Assembly (NCBI RefSeq): GCF_028369095.1
Contig: NZ_JAQNDN010000024.1
Span: forward strand, 693,253-757,252
Source: Nannocystis radixulma
GTDB taxonomy: Bacteria > Myxococcota_A > Polyangia > Nannocystales > Nannocystaceae
DNA length: 64,000 bases
Reading direction: 5' to 3'
Position 1 is the first letter of the stretch, and every line of letters starts with the position of its first letter. The notes under the pieces were generated by a model, which searched no databases, was not told the DNA's origin, and worked only from the letters and a program-made list of their open reading frames with translations. Below are positions 1 to 9,086 of the stretch, piece by piece. The position numbers and the translations under genes were made by a program.

Positions 1-175
1 CGAGGCAAGTGGGGCGTCAGTGGTCCACTGCGCCTCGATTTAGGCGTCCGGGGGCCGGTTGGCGAGCACGGTCTTGCTCTCGGGATCGTAGCGCTCGCCG
101 ACGATGAGTGTGACGGTGGCGCGGAAGCCCCCGGCCATCCAAGGGCGGCTAGCGAGCCCTGTTCGCCGTGCGCGC

Positions 176-682
176 TCAAGGGGCCTGCAGCTGGCCCATG
201 AGCCAGTAGGGGCCGACGCACGCGGCGTCCATGGGCGTCTTCAGCGCCTTGCGCAGCGGCTCGTCCAGCGAGACCTGGCCGCCGCCGGTGCGCAGCGGCT
301 CCCCGACGCGGGCGACGACCTTGCCGGTGCTGTCGACGATCTCCAGGCGGTCGCCCGTGCGGCGCGCGGTGTAACCCGGCTGCCAGATCAGCAGGTGACC
401 GGGCTGCTTGCCGTCGGGGCTGACGCGCAGGCAGCCGGACTGCTCGATCAAAGTGCCCGAGAGCAGGGCCTCCATGAACGCGTCGCTGGCCTCGCGGAGT
501 TCCGGCAGGGCGGGGATCGATCCGGCCGATGCGGAGGGCTGGGCGGCGGGCTCGGGTGCGGGCGCGGGCGTGGGTAGGGGTGCAGCGGGCGTCGCGGCCG
601 GGCGCGAGCCGGCGTCCTGGGCAGCCGGGGAGCAGGCGAGCGCGAGGGCGGGAACGAGGAGGGACAGGCAGAGGGAGCGCAT
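176..682 (-). CDS. Hypothetical secreted lipoprotein (169 aa)
   Basis: Internal ATG at 682 gives MRSLCLSLLVPALALAC, a signal peptide plus lipobox. The longer 321-aa ORF upstream of that ATG is Arg/Pro-rich and looks like an artefact. There is no recognisable catalytic motif. Confidence 0.45.
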   Translation of the reverse strand: MRSLCLSLLVPALALACSPAAQDAGSRPAATPAAPLPTPAPAPEPAAQPSASAGSIPALPELREASDAFMEALLSGTLIEQSGCLRVSPDGKQPGHLLIWQPGYTARRTGDRLEIVDSTGKVVARVGEPLRTGGGQVSLDEPLRKALKTPMDAACVGPYWLMGQLQAP

Positions 683-888
683 CGCCGAACGTACGCCGGC
701 GACGCGCCCGGGCTTACAGGAGCGACACCGACGGTCGCGCGTCGGTCCGGAGTGGACCTTCGTCGTCGACACGCACGATTGCGATCTGGCCAATGAATGC
801 GTGCCGGGCCGGTGAGGCCAATATCGCCGGGGCCGCGGGTATATGAGCCGACCCGCCTGGCTGGTGCTGCAATCGGCGATGGCCCGAT

Positions 889-3009
889 TCAGGGGTGGGC
901 GACGACGAGGAGGGTGGGGGCGCGCTCGAGGACGCATGCGAGGGCGATCCGCAGGGTCTCGGGATCGAGCGCCGCGAAGCTCTCGTCGAGGAGTGTCAGG
1001 TCGGCGCCCTGGAGCAGCGCGCGGGCGATGAACAGGCGGCTCTGCTCGCCGTGGGACAGCTGCCACCCGGTCTCGCCGACGACCTGCAGCAGGCCGGCAG
1101 GCATGCGCCCCAGGAGCTCGCCGAGCGCCAGCGCCTCGCACACCTCCTGCGCCTCGGCGAGGTCGTCCGCGGTCGGCGGCCAGCGTCGTCCCATCAGCAG
1201 GTTGAACGCCAGGGTGCCCGTCATCACGTGATTGTCGTGGAACTGCGGGACCGCGACGACGCGCTGGCGCCAGCCGGCGAGGCCGAGGGTCCGGCGATCG
1301 AGCGCGTCGAGCAGGACGAGCCCGTGCTGCGGTTCGCGCAGGCCGGCGAGCAGCGACAGCAGCGTCGACTTTCCGCCGCCCGAGCGGCCCTCGAGCAGCA
1401 CGCGTTCGCCGCGGTGGATCTGCAGGTTGCAGTGGTCCAGCGCCGGTTCGCTACGGCCCGGGTAATGGTGCGAGAGCCGATCGACGTCGAGGAGCGGCGC
1501 GGGCTCGCCGTCGGGGTCGAGCTCGCCGCGCAGCACCGGGGACACGCGCTCCTGGCCGGCGGTCGCGTGGAACATCGGCGCGATCGACTCCGACGCGACG
1601 CGGGCGCCGAGCAACTGCGTGAGGCCGCCGACGAGCGACCGCAGGGCGCGATGGGCCAGCAGCACGCCGCCGACGGCGACGACCAGCGCGGCGGCCGGGC
1701 TGGTGTCGGCGACGAAGGCCGGACCGAGGACGAGCAGGCCGAGGAGGAGCCAGCCGCCGGGGAGCAGGCCGGTGAGGACGATCATGGCCCGGTCCAGCCG
1801 CGCGCCGGCATCGAGGTAGCCGTGGAGCGCCTGGTCCTCGCGATCGGAGCGGGCCTCCGGCGCCTGCTGGGCGATCCGCGTGCGATGGCCGACGATCTGC
1901 TCGACGAGGTCGTGCGTCATGTCGAGGCGCAAGCCGGTCCAGCGGCGCCGGCCGCCGAGGTAGGCGCGGCCGAGCCAGACGACCGCGGCGAGGCAAACCA
2001 CCAGCGCCGGGACGAGCGGCCAGGCGTGGCCGCTGGCCGCGAGGACCGCGAACGCGGCGACCAGCTCGATCAGGGCGAACACACCGGCGAGCCCGCCGCT
2101 CAGCGCCAGCGACTCGATCGCGTCCGACTCGAGCACCCAGCCGAGGAACTGTCCCGCGCCGCGGAGGCGGACCTGCTGGCTGTCGAGGGCCAGCGCGCCG
2201 GCGAGGAGCCGCTGCTTGAGGAGCGCGCCGACGTCGATCGCCAGCCGGCCGGACGCGGCGGTGACGAGGGCCCGCAGCGCCGCGGCCGTGGCCAGCAGCA
2301 CCACCCAGGCGATGAGCCAGCCGTGATCGACGGTGCCGGTGAGCGCGCCGCGGCCGACGGCGATCCACGACAGCACGCCGAGGGCGACGACCGCGGCGTA
2401 GCCGGCGAGGACGCCGGCGGCGCGCCGCGGCAGGCGGAAGCGGCGGGCCTGGGCCCGCAGATCGGCGCCGGGCGGCAGGCGCAGCAGCCACAAGCCCTCG
2501 ACGGTGGCGGCGCGCAGCCACTGGGCGAGGATCTCGGCGCGGGCGCGGCCGCCCCGAGGGACGCCGGCCTCGTCGAGCATGCTGTCGAGGCGCGGGAGCA
2601 TCGGCGCCTCGACCTCCGCGCACAGCAGCGCCCGCACGTGCGCCCGCGGGACCGTCCGCTGCTCGTGGTCGGGGCCGAGGAGGATCAGGCCCTGCCTGGT
2701 CGCGCGCACCAGCAGGAGGAAGCTGCGCGGCTCGCCCGGCAGCTGCAGCAGCGCCGGACCGGCGGCGGCGAGGAAGCCGTCGATCTCCGGATAGGTCGTG
2801 ACGACCGGCTCGGCCTCGACGCCGAGCCAGTCGGCCGCGCCCTCGATCCAGCGGGCGAAGTTCAGCGGGTCGGCGTCGGCGAGCCCGGCCGGGGCCTCGC
2901 CGAGCTCGACCTGCCGCGGGGCCAGGCCGCCGACCTGGGCGAGGCACGCGATGGCCTCGGCGATCCGTCGCACGGGCCAGCGCGACGAGGCGGTCGTGTC
3001 ATTCATCAT
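889..3009 (-). CDS. ABC transporter, fused permease and ATPase, with an extra ~190-aa N-terminal domain; NHLM/bacteriocin-export ABC partner type
   Basis: Start MMNDTT at 3009 forms an ATGA overlap with the stop of the upstream gene at 3006-3008. There are multiple TM helices. Walker A is GRSGGGKSTLLSLLAG. The signature/Walker B region is LSHGEQSRLFIARALL...LTLLDESFAALD. The N-terminal extra domain contains GEPRSF...VRATRQG, which resembles a cNMP-binding fold. The first ~190 aa of the 899-aa ORF in the track are an Arg-rich artefact. Confidence 0.75.
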   Translation of the reverse strand: MMNDTTASSRWPVRRIAEAIACLAQVGGLAPRQVELGEAPAGLADADPLNFARWIEGAADWLGVEAEPVVTTYPEIDGFLAAAGPALLQLPGEPRSFLLLVRATRQGLILLGPDHEQRTVPRAHVRALLCAEVEAPMLPRLDSMLDEAGVPRGGRARAEILAQWLRAATVEGLWLLRLPPGADLRAQARRFRLPRRAAGVLAGYAAVVALGVLSWIAVGRGALTGTVDHGWLIAWVVLLATAAALRALVTAASGRLAIDVGALLKQRLLAGALALDSQQVRLRGAGQFLGWVLESDAIESLALSGGLAGVFALIELVAAFAVLAASGHAWPLVPALVVCLAAVVWLGRAYLGGRRRWTGLRLDMTHDLVEQIVGHRTRIAQQAPEARSDREDQALHGYLDAGARLDRAMIVLTGLLPGGWLLLGLLVLGPAFVADTSPAAALVVAVGGVLLAHRALRSLVGGLTQLLGARVASESIAPMFHATAGQERVSPVLRGELDPDGEPAPLLDVDRLSHHYPGRSEPALDHCNLQIHRGERVLLEGRSGGGKSTLLSLLAGLREPQHGLVLLDALDRRTLGLAGWRQRVVAVPQFHDNHVMTGTLAFNLLMGRRWPPTADDLAEAQEVCEALALGELLGRMPAGLLQVVGETGWQLSHGEQSRLFIARALLQGADLTLLDESFAALDPETLRIALACVLERAPTLLVVAHP

Positions 3010-5717
3010 TCGGATGGCCCCTCCTGCGGCCCGCGCACGGCTCCTCCTATCAATCGCAAATGACGCCAGGCGGGGTTCGCCCACAGCTCCTCGCGCAGCT
3101 CGGCCTCGGCGGCCACCAGCGCCGAATAGCGGGAGTCGGGTTGCGCCGCGAGCAGGTCGGGCGGGCCGTCCTCGACCACGCGACCGCCCTCGACCACGAG
3201 CACGCGATCGAAGCCGACGGCCTCGCCGACGTCGTGGGTGACGCACAGCAGGGTCGAGCTGCGCCAGCGCGCGCGCACCCGGGTCAGGAGCCGCTGCCGA
3301 CGCGGGCGGTCGAGGCCGCGGAACGGCTCGTCGAGCAGCACCAGCGCGGGCTGCTCGCGCGCCAGCGCCCGGCCGAGGCGGACCCGCTGGCCCTCGCCGC
3401 CCGACAACAGCGCGCCGCCCTCGCCGAGCGCCGTCTGCAGGCCCTCGGGCAGCTCGGCGAGCAGATCGCGGAGGTCGGCGTCGGCGAAGGCGCGCGCGAG
3501 GGCGGTCGCCTCCATGTCGGCGCGGGCGCCGTAGCGGAGGTTGTCGAGCAAGGAGCGGTTCCACAGGCGGACGCCGGGGTCGACCCACGCCGTCCAGGTC
3601 CGCAGGCGCTCGAGCACCTCACCGCGCAGCGGCTCGTCGTCGACCAGGACCTGCCCCTGCGCCGGGTGATGCCAGCCGAGCAGAAGGCCGAGGAGCGTGC
3701 TCTTGCCGGCCCCCGAGGGCCCGATGATGGCGACGTGCTCGCCGGGCCGCAGCTGCAGGTCGACCTCCGCGAGCAAGGCGTGACCGCCGGCCACCACCCC
3801 GACGCCCGCGAAGCGCAGACCCACCGCCGCGGGCCGCGGGCGGACCTCGCCGGCGCTTGCGGTGCTCGGCACCTCGCGCGCGCCGAGCGGCTCGAGCAGG
3901 CGCAGCGTGACGTTCCTGTGCGCGGGGACCTGCCGCAGCGCGGCCGCGATCTCCTGGCCGAGCACCGGCAGCGACAGCGCCCAGTAGAGGAACAGCAGCG
4001 TGCTGGCCCCGCCGCTGACGCGCTGGACGTGATCGAAGAACAGCCACGCGACCAGGCCGACGCCCGTCAGCGTCTGCATCGCCTCGACCGCCACGACCAC
4101 CGCCAGCAGCGCGCGCGACGTGTGCGCCCACTCGACCAACAGGCCCTCGTGCTCGCGCCGCACCGTCCGCTCGGCGCCGTGGGTGCGGATCGCGGTGAGG
4201 CCGAGCAGCGCGTCGAGGTAGAAGCGGCTCAGCGCCCCGGCGTGGCTGCGCACCCGCATGTCGCGCTCGCCCAGCAGCGGCTGGAACGCCAGCGGCAGCA
4301 GCACCGTCGCCGCGGCGATCGGCAGCGCCAGCCGCACGCAGTCGGGGTCGAGCCACACCAGGCCGGCGGTGACCAGCGCGAGCTCCAGCCCGCCGCGCAG
4401 CAGCTGGGCGGCGACCCCGGGGATCAGGCGCAGGCGGTGGACGCCGTGGCTGCGCTCGGCCATGTCCGAGGTGGGGCGGCTCTGCAGGTAGCGATCCTCG
4501 AGCCGGGGGATCTTGCGCAAGAAGGCGATCCGCAGCCGGGCCTCGAGCGCGCGGCCCATTCGCAGCACCGCCGCGGCCAGCGGGACCTCGACGGCCAGGA
4601 CGATCAGCAGCAGCGCGACGAGCAGCCCCCACGCCGCGGCGCGCTGCTCCGGCAGCCCCAACCACGCGCCGACGTCGAGGGCGCTGCGCAGCGCCACGGC
4701 CTCGAGCAGCACGCACACGGACGCCAGCGCGAGGCCCACGAGCAGCAGGGCCGGCGCGCCGAGGCCGTCGAGCCGGAGCAGCCCGAGCAGCGCGCGGCCC
4801 GGTCGGGCGGGCGGCTCGCGCAGCGCCTCGGCGAGCTCGGGCGAGCGCACGACGGCCCCCGCCGGCAAGCCGTCGTCGGCCGGGGCGCCACGCAGGCCGC
4901 GGAAGCTGACCAGCACCGCGCCACGCAGCATCAGCGCCTCCTCGCCGTCCTCGTCGGCCGGCGCCGGTCGGACCGACCAGAACAGCCGCGGGATCGTCTG
5001 GTGGGCCGTGGGGTGCGCGAGGTCCTCGACCCGCGCGCGGGCGAACACCGCGACGAGGATGCCCGCGGCGGGGCGACCGCGGGCGATCGCCCCGGCGCGG
5101 ACCATGCCGTGGACCATGCGCACCGCGGCGTCGAGCGCCGCCAGGGCGCGCCAGCCCGGCTCGGCGAGAGCTTCCGCGACGAGGGTCGCCCCGAGCTCGC
5201 CGCAGCCGATCTTCACGCAGCGGGCCCGCAAGGCCTCGACGAACTCCGGCGAGCTCGCCCACTCGCGCCAGGCCGCCGCGGGCGTGCGCTGCGAGTGGAG
5301 GTACGCGCTGTCCAGCAGCCGCCGCCGCTGCGTCCAGCGCCGGCCGGTCCCGGGGTCCATGAGCTGCACGAGGTCGCCGTGGCACGACCACACGACCAGG
5401 AAGTGATTGCTGCCACCGGGCTGGCGGACCACCAGCAACGCCGGCAGGGCGCGGGCGGCCGGCTCGAACACGTGGTCGAGCGGCACGATGAGCTGCTGCG
5501 CGTCGATCCCGAGCTCGCCGGCGATCTCCTCGAGCGTGTCGATCGACGTGCCGTCGATCCCGGTCTGGCAGGCCTCGCGCAGGCGACCGTAGCTGACGTG
5601 GATCCCGTGACCTTCGAGGACGCACTTGAGCGCCGCCGGCCCGCAGTCCATCGCCGAGGTCTGGATGACCTCGGGCGCGAACAGGCTGCGGCGGCGCGGG
5701 GCGGAGCGGGTGGGCAT
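3006..5717 (-). CDS. Peptidase C39-domain ABC transporter (bacteriocin/RiPP leader-cleaving exporter)
   Basis: The N-terminus CGPAALKCVLEGHGIHVSYGRLRE is a C39 Cys-protease motif. It is followed by a 6-TM domain and a C-terminal ATPase with Walker A GPSGAGKSTLLGLLLG and LSGGEGQRVRLGRAL...LVLLDEPFRGLD. Confidence 0.85.
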   Translation of the reverse strand: MPTRSAPRRRSLFAPEVIQTSAMDCGPAALKCVLEGHGIHVSYGRLREACQTGIDGTSIDTLEEIAGELGIDAQQLIVPLDHVFEPAARALPALLVVRQPGGSNHFLVVWSCHGDLVQLMDPGTGRRWTQRRRLLDSAYLHSQRTPAAAWREWASSPEFVEALRARCVKIGCGELGATLVAEALAEPGWRALAALDAAVRMVHGMVRAGAIARGRPAAGILVAVFARARVEDLAHPTAHQTIPRLFWSVRPAPADEDGEEALMLRGAVLVSFRGLRGAPADDGLPAGAVVRSPELAEALREPPARPGRALLGLLRLDGLGAPALLLVGLALASVCVLLEAVALRSALDVGAWLGLPEQRAAAWGLLVALLLIVLAVEVPLAAAVLRMGRALEARLRIAFLRKIPRLEDRYLQSRPTSDMAERSHGVHRLRLIPGVAAQLLRGGLELALVTAGLVWLDPDCVRLALPIAAATVLLPLAFQPLLGERDMRVRSHAGALSRFYLDALLGLTAIRTHGAERTVRREHEGLLVEWAHTSRALLAVVVAVEAMQTLTGVGLVAWLFFDHVQRVSGGASTLLFLYWALSLPVLGQEIAAALRQVPAHRNVTLRLLEPLGAREVPSTASAGEVRPRPAAVGLRFAGVGVVAGGHALLAEVDLQLRPGEHVAIIGPSGAGKSTLLGLLLGWHHPAQGQVLVDDEPLRGEVLERLRTWTAWVDPGVRLWNRSLLDNLRYGARADMEATALARAFADADLRDLLAELPEGLQTALGEGGALLSGGEGQRVRLGRALAREQPALVLLDEPFRGLDRPRRQRLLTRVRARWRSSTLLCVTHDVGEAVGFDRVLVVEGGRVVEDGPPDLLAAQPDSRYSALVAAEAELREELWANPAWRHLRLIGGAVRGPQEGPSE

Positions 5718-5724
5718 GGCGACC

Positions 5725-6867
5725 TCAGAACAGCGCCCCCGCGGCGCGCAGCAGGATCTCCGCCGGCGAGAGGGTCTCGACCTCGACCTCGACCGAGCCG
5801 GGCAGGCCGTGCTGCAGCCGCACGCCGGGCAGGGCCGCCGCCTCGACGCTCAGCTCGACGCGCACGTGGCCCTCGCGGGCCTCGTCGGCGACCCGCACCA
5901 CGGTGGCGGCGATCGATCGGTATTGCGTCCACGGGAACCCGTCGAGGCGCAGGCGGGCCGGCTGACCGGCGCGGATCCGGCCGACCGCGGTCGCGGGGGC
6001 GAACTGGCCGGCGATCCGCAGCTCGCCGCCCGGCACGACCGTGGCGATGTCGTCGCCGGCGGCCAGCACCGAGCCGGGCTGCAGCAGCGCGACCTCTCCC
6101 AGGCGCCCGGCTGCCGGCGCCCGCACGCGCCGCTGCTCGATCTGGTGGGCGATCGACTCGATGCTCGCGGTCGTCACCGCGATCTGGCCGTGCAGCTCGG
6201 CGCGCTGGCGCTCGAGCTGCGCCAGGTCCAGCTCGATCTCCGTGGCCGCCGTCGCGCCCTCGGCGTCGATCCGCGCCACCGAGAGCGCGGCGGCGCGGGC
6301 GGCCGTGCGGTGGATCAGGCCGTTGGCCCGCGTGCGCGACAGCTCGGCCTCGGACTCGACCTTCGCGTCGTACAGCCGGGTCGAGCGGTCGGCCTCGGTC
6401 TCGGCGTAGCGGGCCGAGATCCGGGCCGCGCGCGCCTGCACCTCGGCCTCGCGGTTGCGCCGCGACGCCAGCTGGTGCTGGTCGGCCAGGAGCGCCGCGA
6501 CGGCCGCGAGCTGGCCGTCGAGCGCGGCCACCTGGGCCGCGAGGCTGGCGCGCAGCGCCTGCTTCTCGGCCAGCGCGAGGGCCAGCGGCTGGCTGTCGAG
6601 CTCGACGAGCAGCTCGCCTGCCTCGACCTCGGCGCCGAGTCGCAGCCGGGTCTCGACCACGCGACCCGCGACCTCGGCCTCGACGCGAAACGCGACCGCC
6701 TCGACCCGCGCGCTCGTCGTCACCGCGTAGACCTTGACCCGCGCCAGCATCATCCACGACGTCCACGCGACCAGCAGCGCGGCGCCGACGACCAGCCCGA
6801 GGCGCCCCGAGCGGGCGCGCTGGGCCGCGAGGGCGGATAACGACTGCGAGAATGGTTGACCGGGCAT
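5725..6867 (-). CDS. HlyD-family membrane-fusion / secretion adaptor protein
   Basis: It has an N-terminal TM anchor (LGLVVGAALLVAWTSWMMLARV). A long coiled-coil segment is rich in A/L/Q/E. The C-terminal beta-barrel region (PGSVLAAGDDIATVVPGGELRIAGQF) is typical of HlyD/EmrA adaptors. It is 8 nt upstream of the C39-ABC gene. Confidence 0.8.
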   Translation of the reverse strand: MPGQPFSQSLSALAAQRARSGRLGLVVGAALLVAWTSWMMLARVKVYAVTTSARVEAVAFRVEAEVAGRVVETRLRLGAEVEAGELLVELDSQPLALALAEKQALRASLAAQVAALDGQLAAVAALLADQHQLASRRNREAEVQARAARISARYAETEADRSTRLYDAKVESEAELSRTRANGLIHRTAARAAALSVARIDAEGATAATEIELDLAQLERQRAELHGQIAVTTASIESIAHQIEQRRVRAPAAGRLGEVALLQPGSVLAAGDDIATVVPGGELRIAGQFAPATAVGRIRAGQPARLRLDGFPWTQYRSIAATVVRVADEAREGHVRVELSVEAAALPGVRLQHGLPGSVEVEVETLSPAEILLRAAGALF

Positions 6868-7078
6868 GGGCGGGATAATGTGCAGAGGGAATCGTCGGTG
6901 GCTACGCGAGAACGATCGATCGTCGGATTAGCACGAGACCCCCGCGCGACAAGCCGCTGCCATTCAATAAACCACATGTCTTTTGGGGCATGAGGCATGA
7001 TCGCGCGGGGGATGCGGGTGAAGATTCGGCGAGACCGACTGGCGAGGCCGCGGCGGTCCGGATAAGATCGCGGCGAAC

Positions 7079-7516
7079 ATGACCGAGCCGCACGTCCGCC
7101 CCATGCAACTCGACGACGCCGCCGGCGTGGCCAGGCTGTGCCTGCCGCTCGGCGTCACGGTGACCGCCGCCGAGCTCCGGCGGCGGCTGGCGGCGCTGCA
7201 GGGCGCGGCGAGCCAGGGCTTGTTCGTGGCCGAGGCCGGGGAGGGGGTGATCGGGTGGATGCACGTCCAGGAGCGTCCTTCGTTGCTCACGGCGGCCAGC
7301 GCCGAGCTCACTGCCATCGCGGTCGACGAGCGGGCGCGCCAGCGCGGCGTCGGCCGCCGGTTGGTGCAGGCGGCCGAGGCGTGGGCGCGCGCCCGGGATT
7401 GTGCGTACCTGGTCTTGCGGTCAGGTGCCTCGCGGACCGGCGCCCACGGGTTCTACGCGGCGCTGGGCTACGCGCGGACGAGCAGCTCCTACAAGTTCGA
7501 GAAGCCGCTCGGGTGA
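7079..7516 (+). CDS. GNAT family N-acetyltransferase
   Basis: 145 aa. The acetyl-CoA binding motif QRGVGRRLVQAAEAWAR (Q/RxxGxG/A) is present and the size is typical of GNATs. The gene converges on the JmjC gene. Confidence 0.7.
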   Translation: MTEPHVRPMQLDDAAGVARLCLPLGVTVTAAELRRRLAALQGAASQGLFVAEAGEGVIGWMHVQERPSLLTAASAELTAIAVDERARQRGVGRRLVQAAEAWARARDCAYLVLRSGASRTGAHGFYAALGYARTSSSYKFEKPLG

Positions 7517-7520
7517 GCGC

Positions 7521-8762
7521 TCAGGCCGCCCGCACCAGGATGCCCTCTGCGAGCAGCCGCGTGAGCGCGCCCTGGACCTCGGGCCATTCGAAGTCCGGGT
7601 CCCACTGCAGCGCGCTCTCGGCCACGAACTCCTGCTCGGCGGCGAGGCGGGCGACGAACTGCTGCGCCCCTTCGGGCAGCCGCACGTAGCGCTCGTCGCC
7701 GGCGAAGATGTACACCTCCGTCTCGGTCGGGTCGTCCTCCGACGCCGCCAGGCAGTAGCGGATCGGCACCGGCGTGGCGCGGGTCAGGCGCTCGTGCATG
7801 GTGACCGGCGCGGGCGGCGTCTGCGGGCGCCCGCCGTGGTGCTCCGCGACCTCGAGCGACCACTCCTTGTGGAGCTGGCGCAGGTCGAGCTCCGCCAGCT
7901 CGTCGCGCAGCCGCGCGATCGCCTCGGCGAACAGGCCCATGACGTGCTGGGGCACCGCCCCGGAGTGGCGATCGGCGCCGCGCAGCGCCGGGAAGCCCTG
8001 CCGCCACCAGCGCTTGCGTCCGATCTCGAGCTTGAGGACGTCGGAGATCAGCTTGTAGATCGGGCGGTGGCCGAGCGCGATCGAGATGTGATTGGAGTGA
8101 CCCAGCGAGCAGGGCGCGTGCCACACCCCCGGCGGCATGTACAGGAAATCGCCGGGGTGGAGCGTATCCTCGGGAAGGTCCTCCAGCCGCGGGGTCAGGA
8201 TCGCCTGCCCGTCGTAGTGGATCGCCGGCTCGCCCGGGCCCGCGAGGCCCGCCCCGTCGACCGGGGCGTCGACCGCGGGCTCGTGCCCGTAGCGCCAGTG
8301 CTTGGCGCCGGCGATCTGCAGGATGAAGTTGTGGTGCAGGTCCCAGTGCAGCTTGTAGCCGGTGTTGCCGCGCGAGGCGAAGCACAGCGCCTTGTCGACG
8401 TTGGACACCTTGCCGGACGGGAATTGCAGGCTCGCGCGCAGGCCGTCCATCAGCGCCGCGATGTGCGGCTGCGAATCGAGCCGGCCGACCGTCAACAGGC
8501 CCGCCTCGAAGAATTGATGCAGCTGCGCCGGCGGGATCGGCACGACGCGAGACAGCGGCACCCCGTCGTATTCGGTCTGATAGACGGCGGTGGTCTCGGT
8601 GAGCGGGACCGTCCGCCAGCGCTCTTCATCGTAGATCGCGGCGAACTTGTCCGGCGTCCCACGGATGATCAGCGTCTTGCGACCGTAATAATCGTGGAAG
8701 AACTCGTCCGCGCGCATCGGCGCGATCAAGCGTTCGAGGGCTTCGTCGAGGTGCTGTAACAA
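7521..8762 (-). CDS. JmjC / cupin-4 (ribosomal-oxygenase-like) Fe(II)/2OG oxygenase
   Basis: 413 aa. HWDLHH gives an HxD metal dyad in a double-stranded beta-helix context (FILQIAGAKHWRY). A distal His lies in GVWHAPCSLGHSNH. The overall architecture resembles YcfD/ROX-type JmjC proteins. Confidence 0.65.
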   Translation of the reverse strand: MLQHLDEALERLIAPMRADEFFHDYYGRKTLIIRGTPDKFAAIYDEERWRTVPLTETTAVYQTEYDGVPLSRVVPIPPAQLHQFFEAGLLTVGRLDSQPHIAALMDGLRASLQFPSGKVSNVDKALCFASRGNTGYKLHWDLHHNFILQIAGAKHWRYGHEPAVDAPVDGAGLAGPGEPAIHYDGQAILTPRLEDLPEDTLHPGDFLYMPPGVWHAPCSLGHSNHISIALGHRPIYKLISDVLKLEIGRKRWWRQGFPALRGADRHSGAVPQHVMGLFAEAIARLRDELAELDLRQLHKEWSLEVAEHHGGRPQTPPAPVTMHERLTRATPVPIRYCLAASEDDPTETEVYIFAGDERYVRLPEGAQQFVARLAAEQEFVAESALQWDPDFEWPEVQGALTRLLAEGILVRAA

Positions 8763-8832
8763 GGGAAATCCTCTATGGTGAATCCGGACCTTGGACTGTC
8801 GCTGCCCGGCATGACGCCGCGCAAGCGCATAC

Positions 8833-8886
8833 GGAGGCCCACGCGTCCGGACGCGTGGACCTCCGTGCGGCCCGGTCTACGGGCCT
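8833..8886 (-). terminator. Two stem-loops between the peptide gene and the JmjC gene (attenuator or terminator-like)
   Basis: 8833-8864 is a 32-nt near-perfect palindrome, GGAGGCCCACGCGTCC/GGACGCGTGGACCTCC. 8868-8884 has a GGCCCG-gtcta-CGGGCC stem-loop. No U-tract follows, which is common in high-GC genomes. Confidence 0.35.
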
Positions 8887-8903
8887 CGCGCTCGACCTAC
8901 GGC

Positions 8904-9011
8904 TCAGTCGATGCGGGCCGGAGCGGGGGCACCCGCGGCGCCGGCGCGGACGCCCGACTTGAAGGAGAGGTTCTTCTGCGACTTCTTGGTGTCATTCTTG
9001 TTCATGGTCAT
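8904..9011 (-). CDS. Small Lys/Asn-rich peptide, 35 aa (MTMNKNDTKKSQKNLSFKSGVRAGAAGAPAPARID), a candidate modified-peptide precursor
   Basis: The gene is absent from the six-frame track as a separate ORF; it appears only as the C-terminal tail of the artefactual ORF 8904..9965. Two in-frame ATGs lie 6-12 nt downstream of an AAAGGTAGA RBS. GC3 matches the genome. A sigma70-like promoter sits 50 nt upstream. Two hairpins separate the gene from the JmjC gene, which lies 140 nt downstream on the same strand. Confidence 0.5.
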   Translation of the reverse strand: MTMNKNDTKKSQKNLSFKSGVRAGAAGAPAPARID

Positions 9012-9057
9012 TCTACCTTTCACCGGCGCGGACTTTGATGATTGCCCCGGTCCGATG

Positions 9058-9086
9058 TTTATAGCAGCGGCACCGGACCGCGCCAA
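9058..9086 (-). promoter_or_regulatory. Sigma70-like promoter (TTGGCG-N17-TATAAA) for the small peptide gene
   Basis: Read on the minus strand, the sequence is TTGGCGCGGTCCGGTGCCGCTGCTATAAAC with a 17-nt spacer. It lies in a locally AT-richer stretch (9040-9130), ~45 nt upstream of the RBS. Confidence 0.35.

Noticed and set aside
104-577. 157-aa plus-strand ORF at the window start
   Set aside because: It is antisense to the lipoprotein gene 176..682 and Arg/Gly-rich.
1451-2947. 498-aa and similar long minus/plus ORFs (1451..2947, 895..3063, 3060..6737, 3619..5625, 5213..6766, 5626..6840) overlapping the ABC/HlyD genes
   Set aside because: They are extremely Arg/Pro/Gly/Ala-rich low-complexity translations of the wrong frame or antisense strand of GC-rich genes. 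They carry no motifs and overlap well-supported genes.
889-6867. Interpretation of the ABC/HlyD trio as a type-I toxin secretion or drug-efflux system
   Set aside because: The C39 Cys-protease domain on one ABC protein and the extra N-terminal domain on the partner favour the bacteriocin/NHLM peptide-export class. HMM confirmation is still needed.
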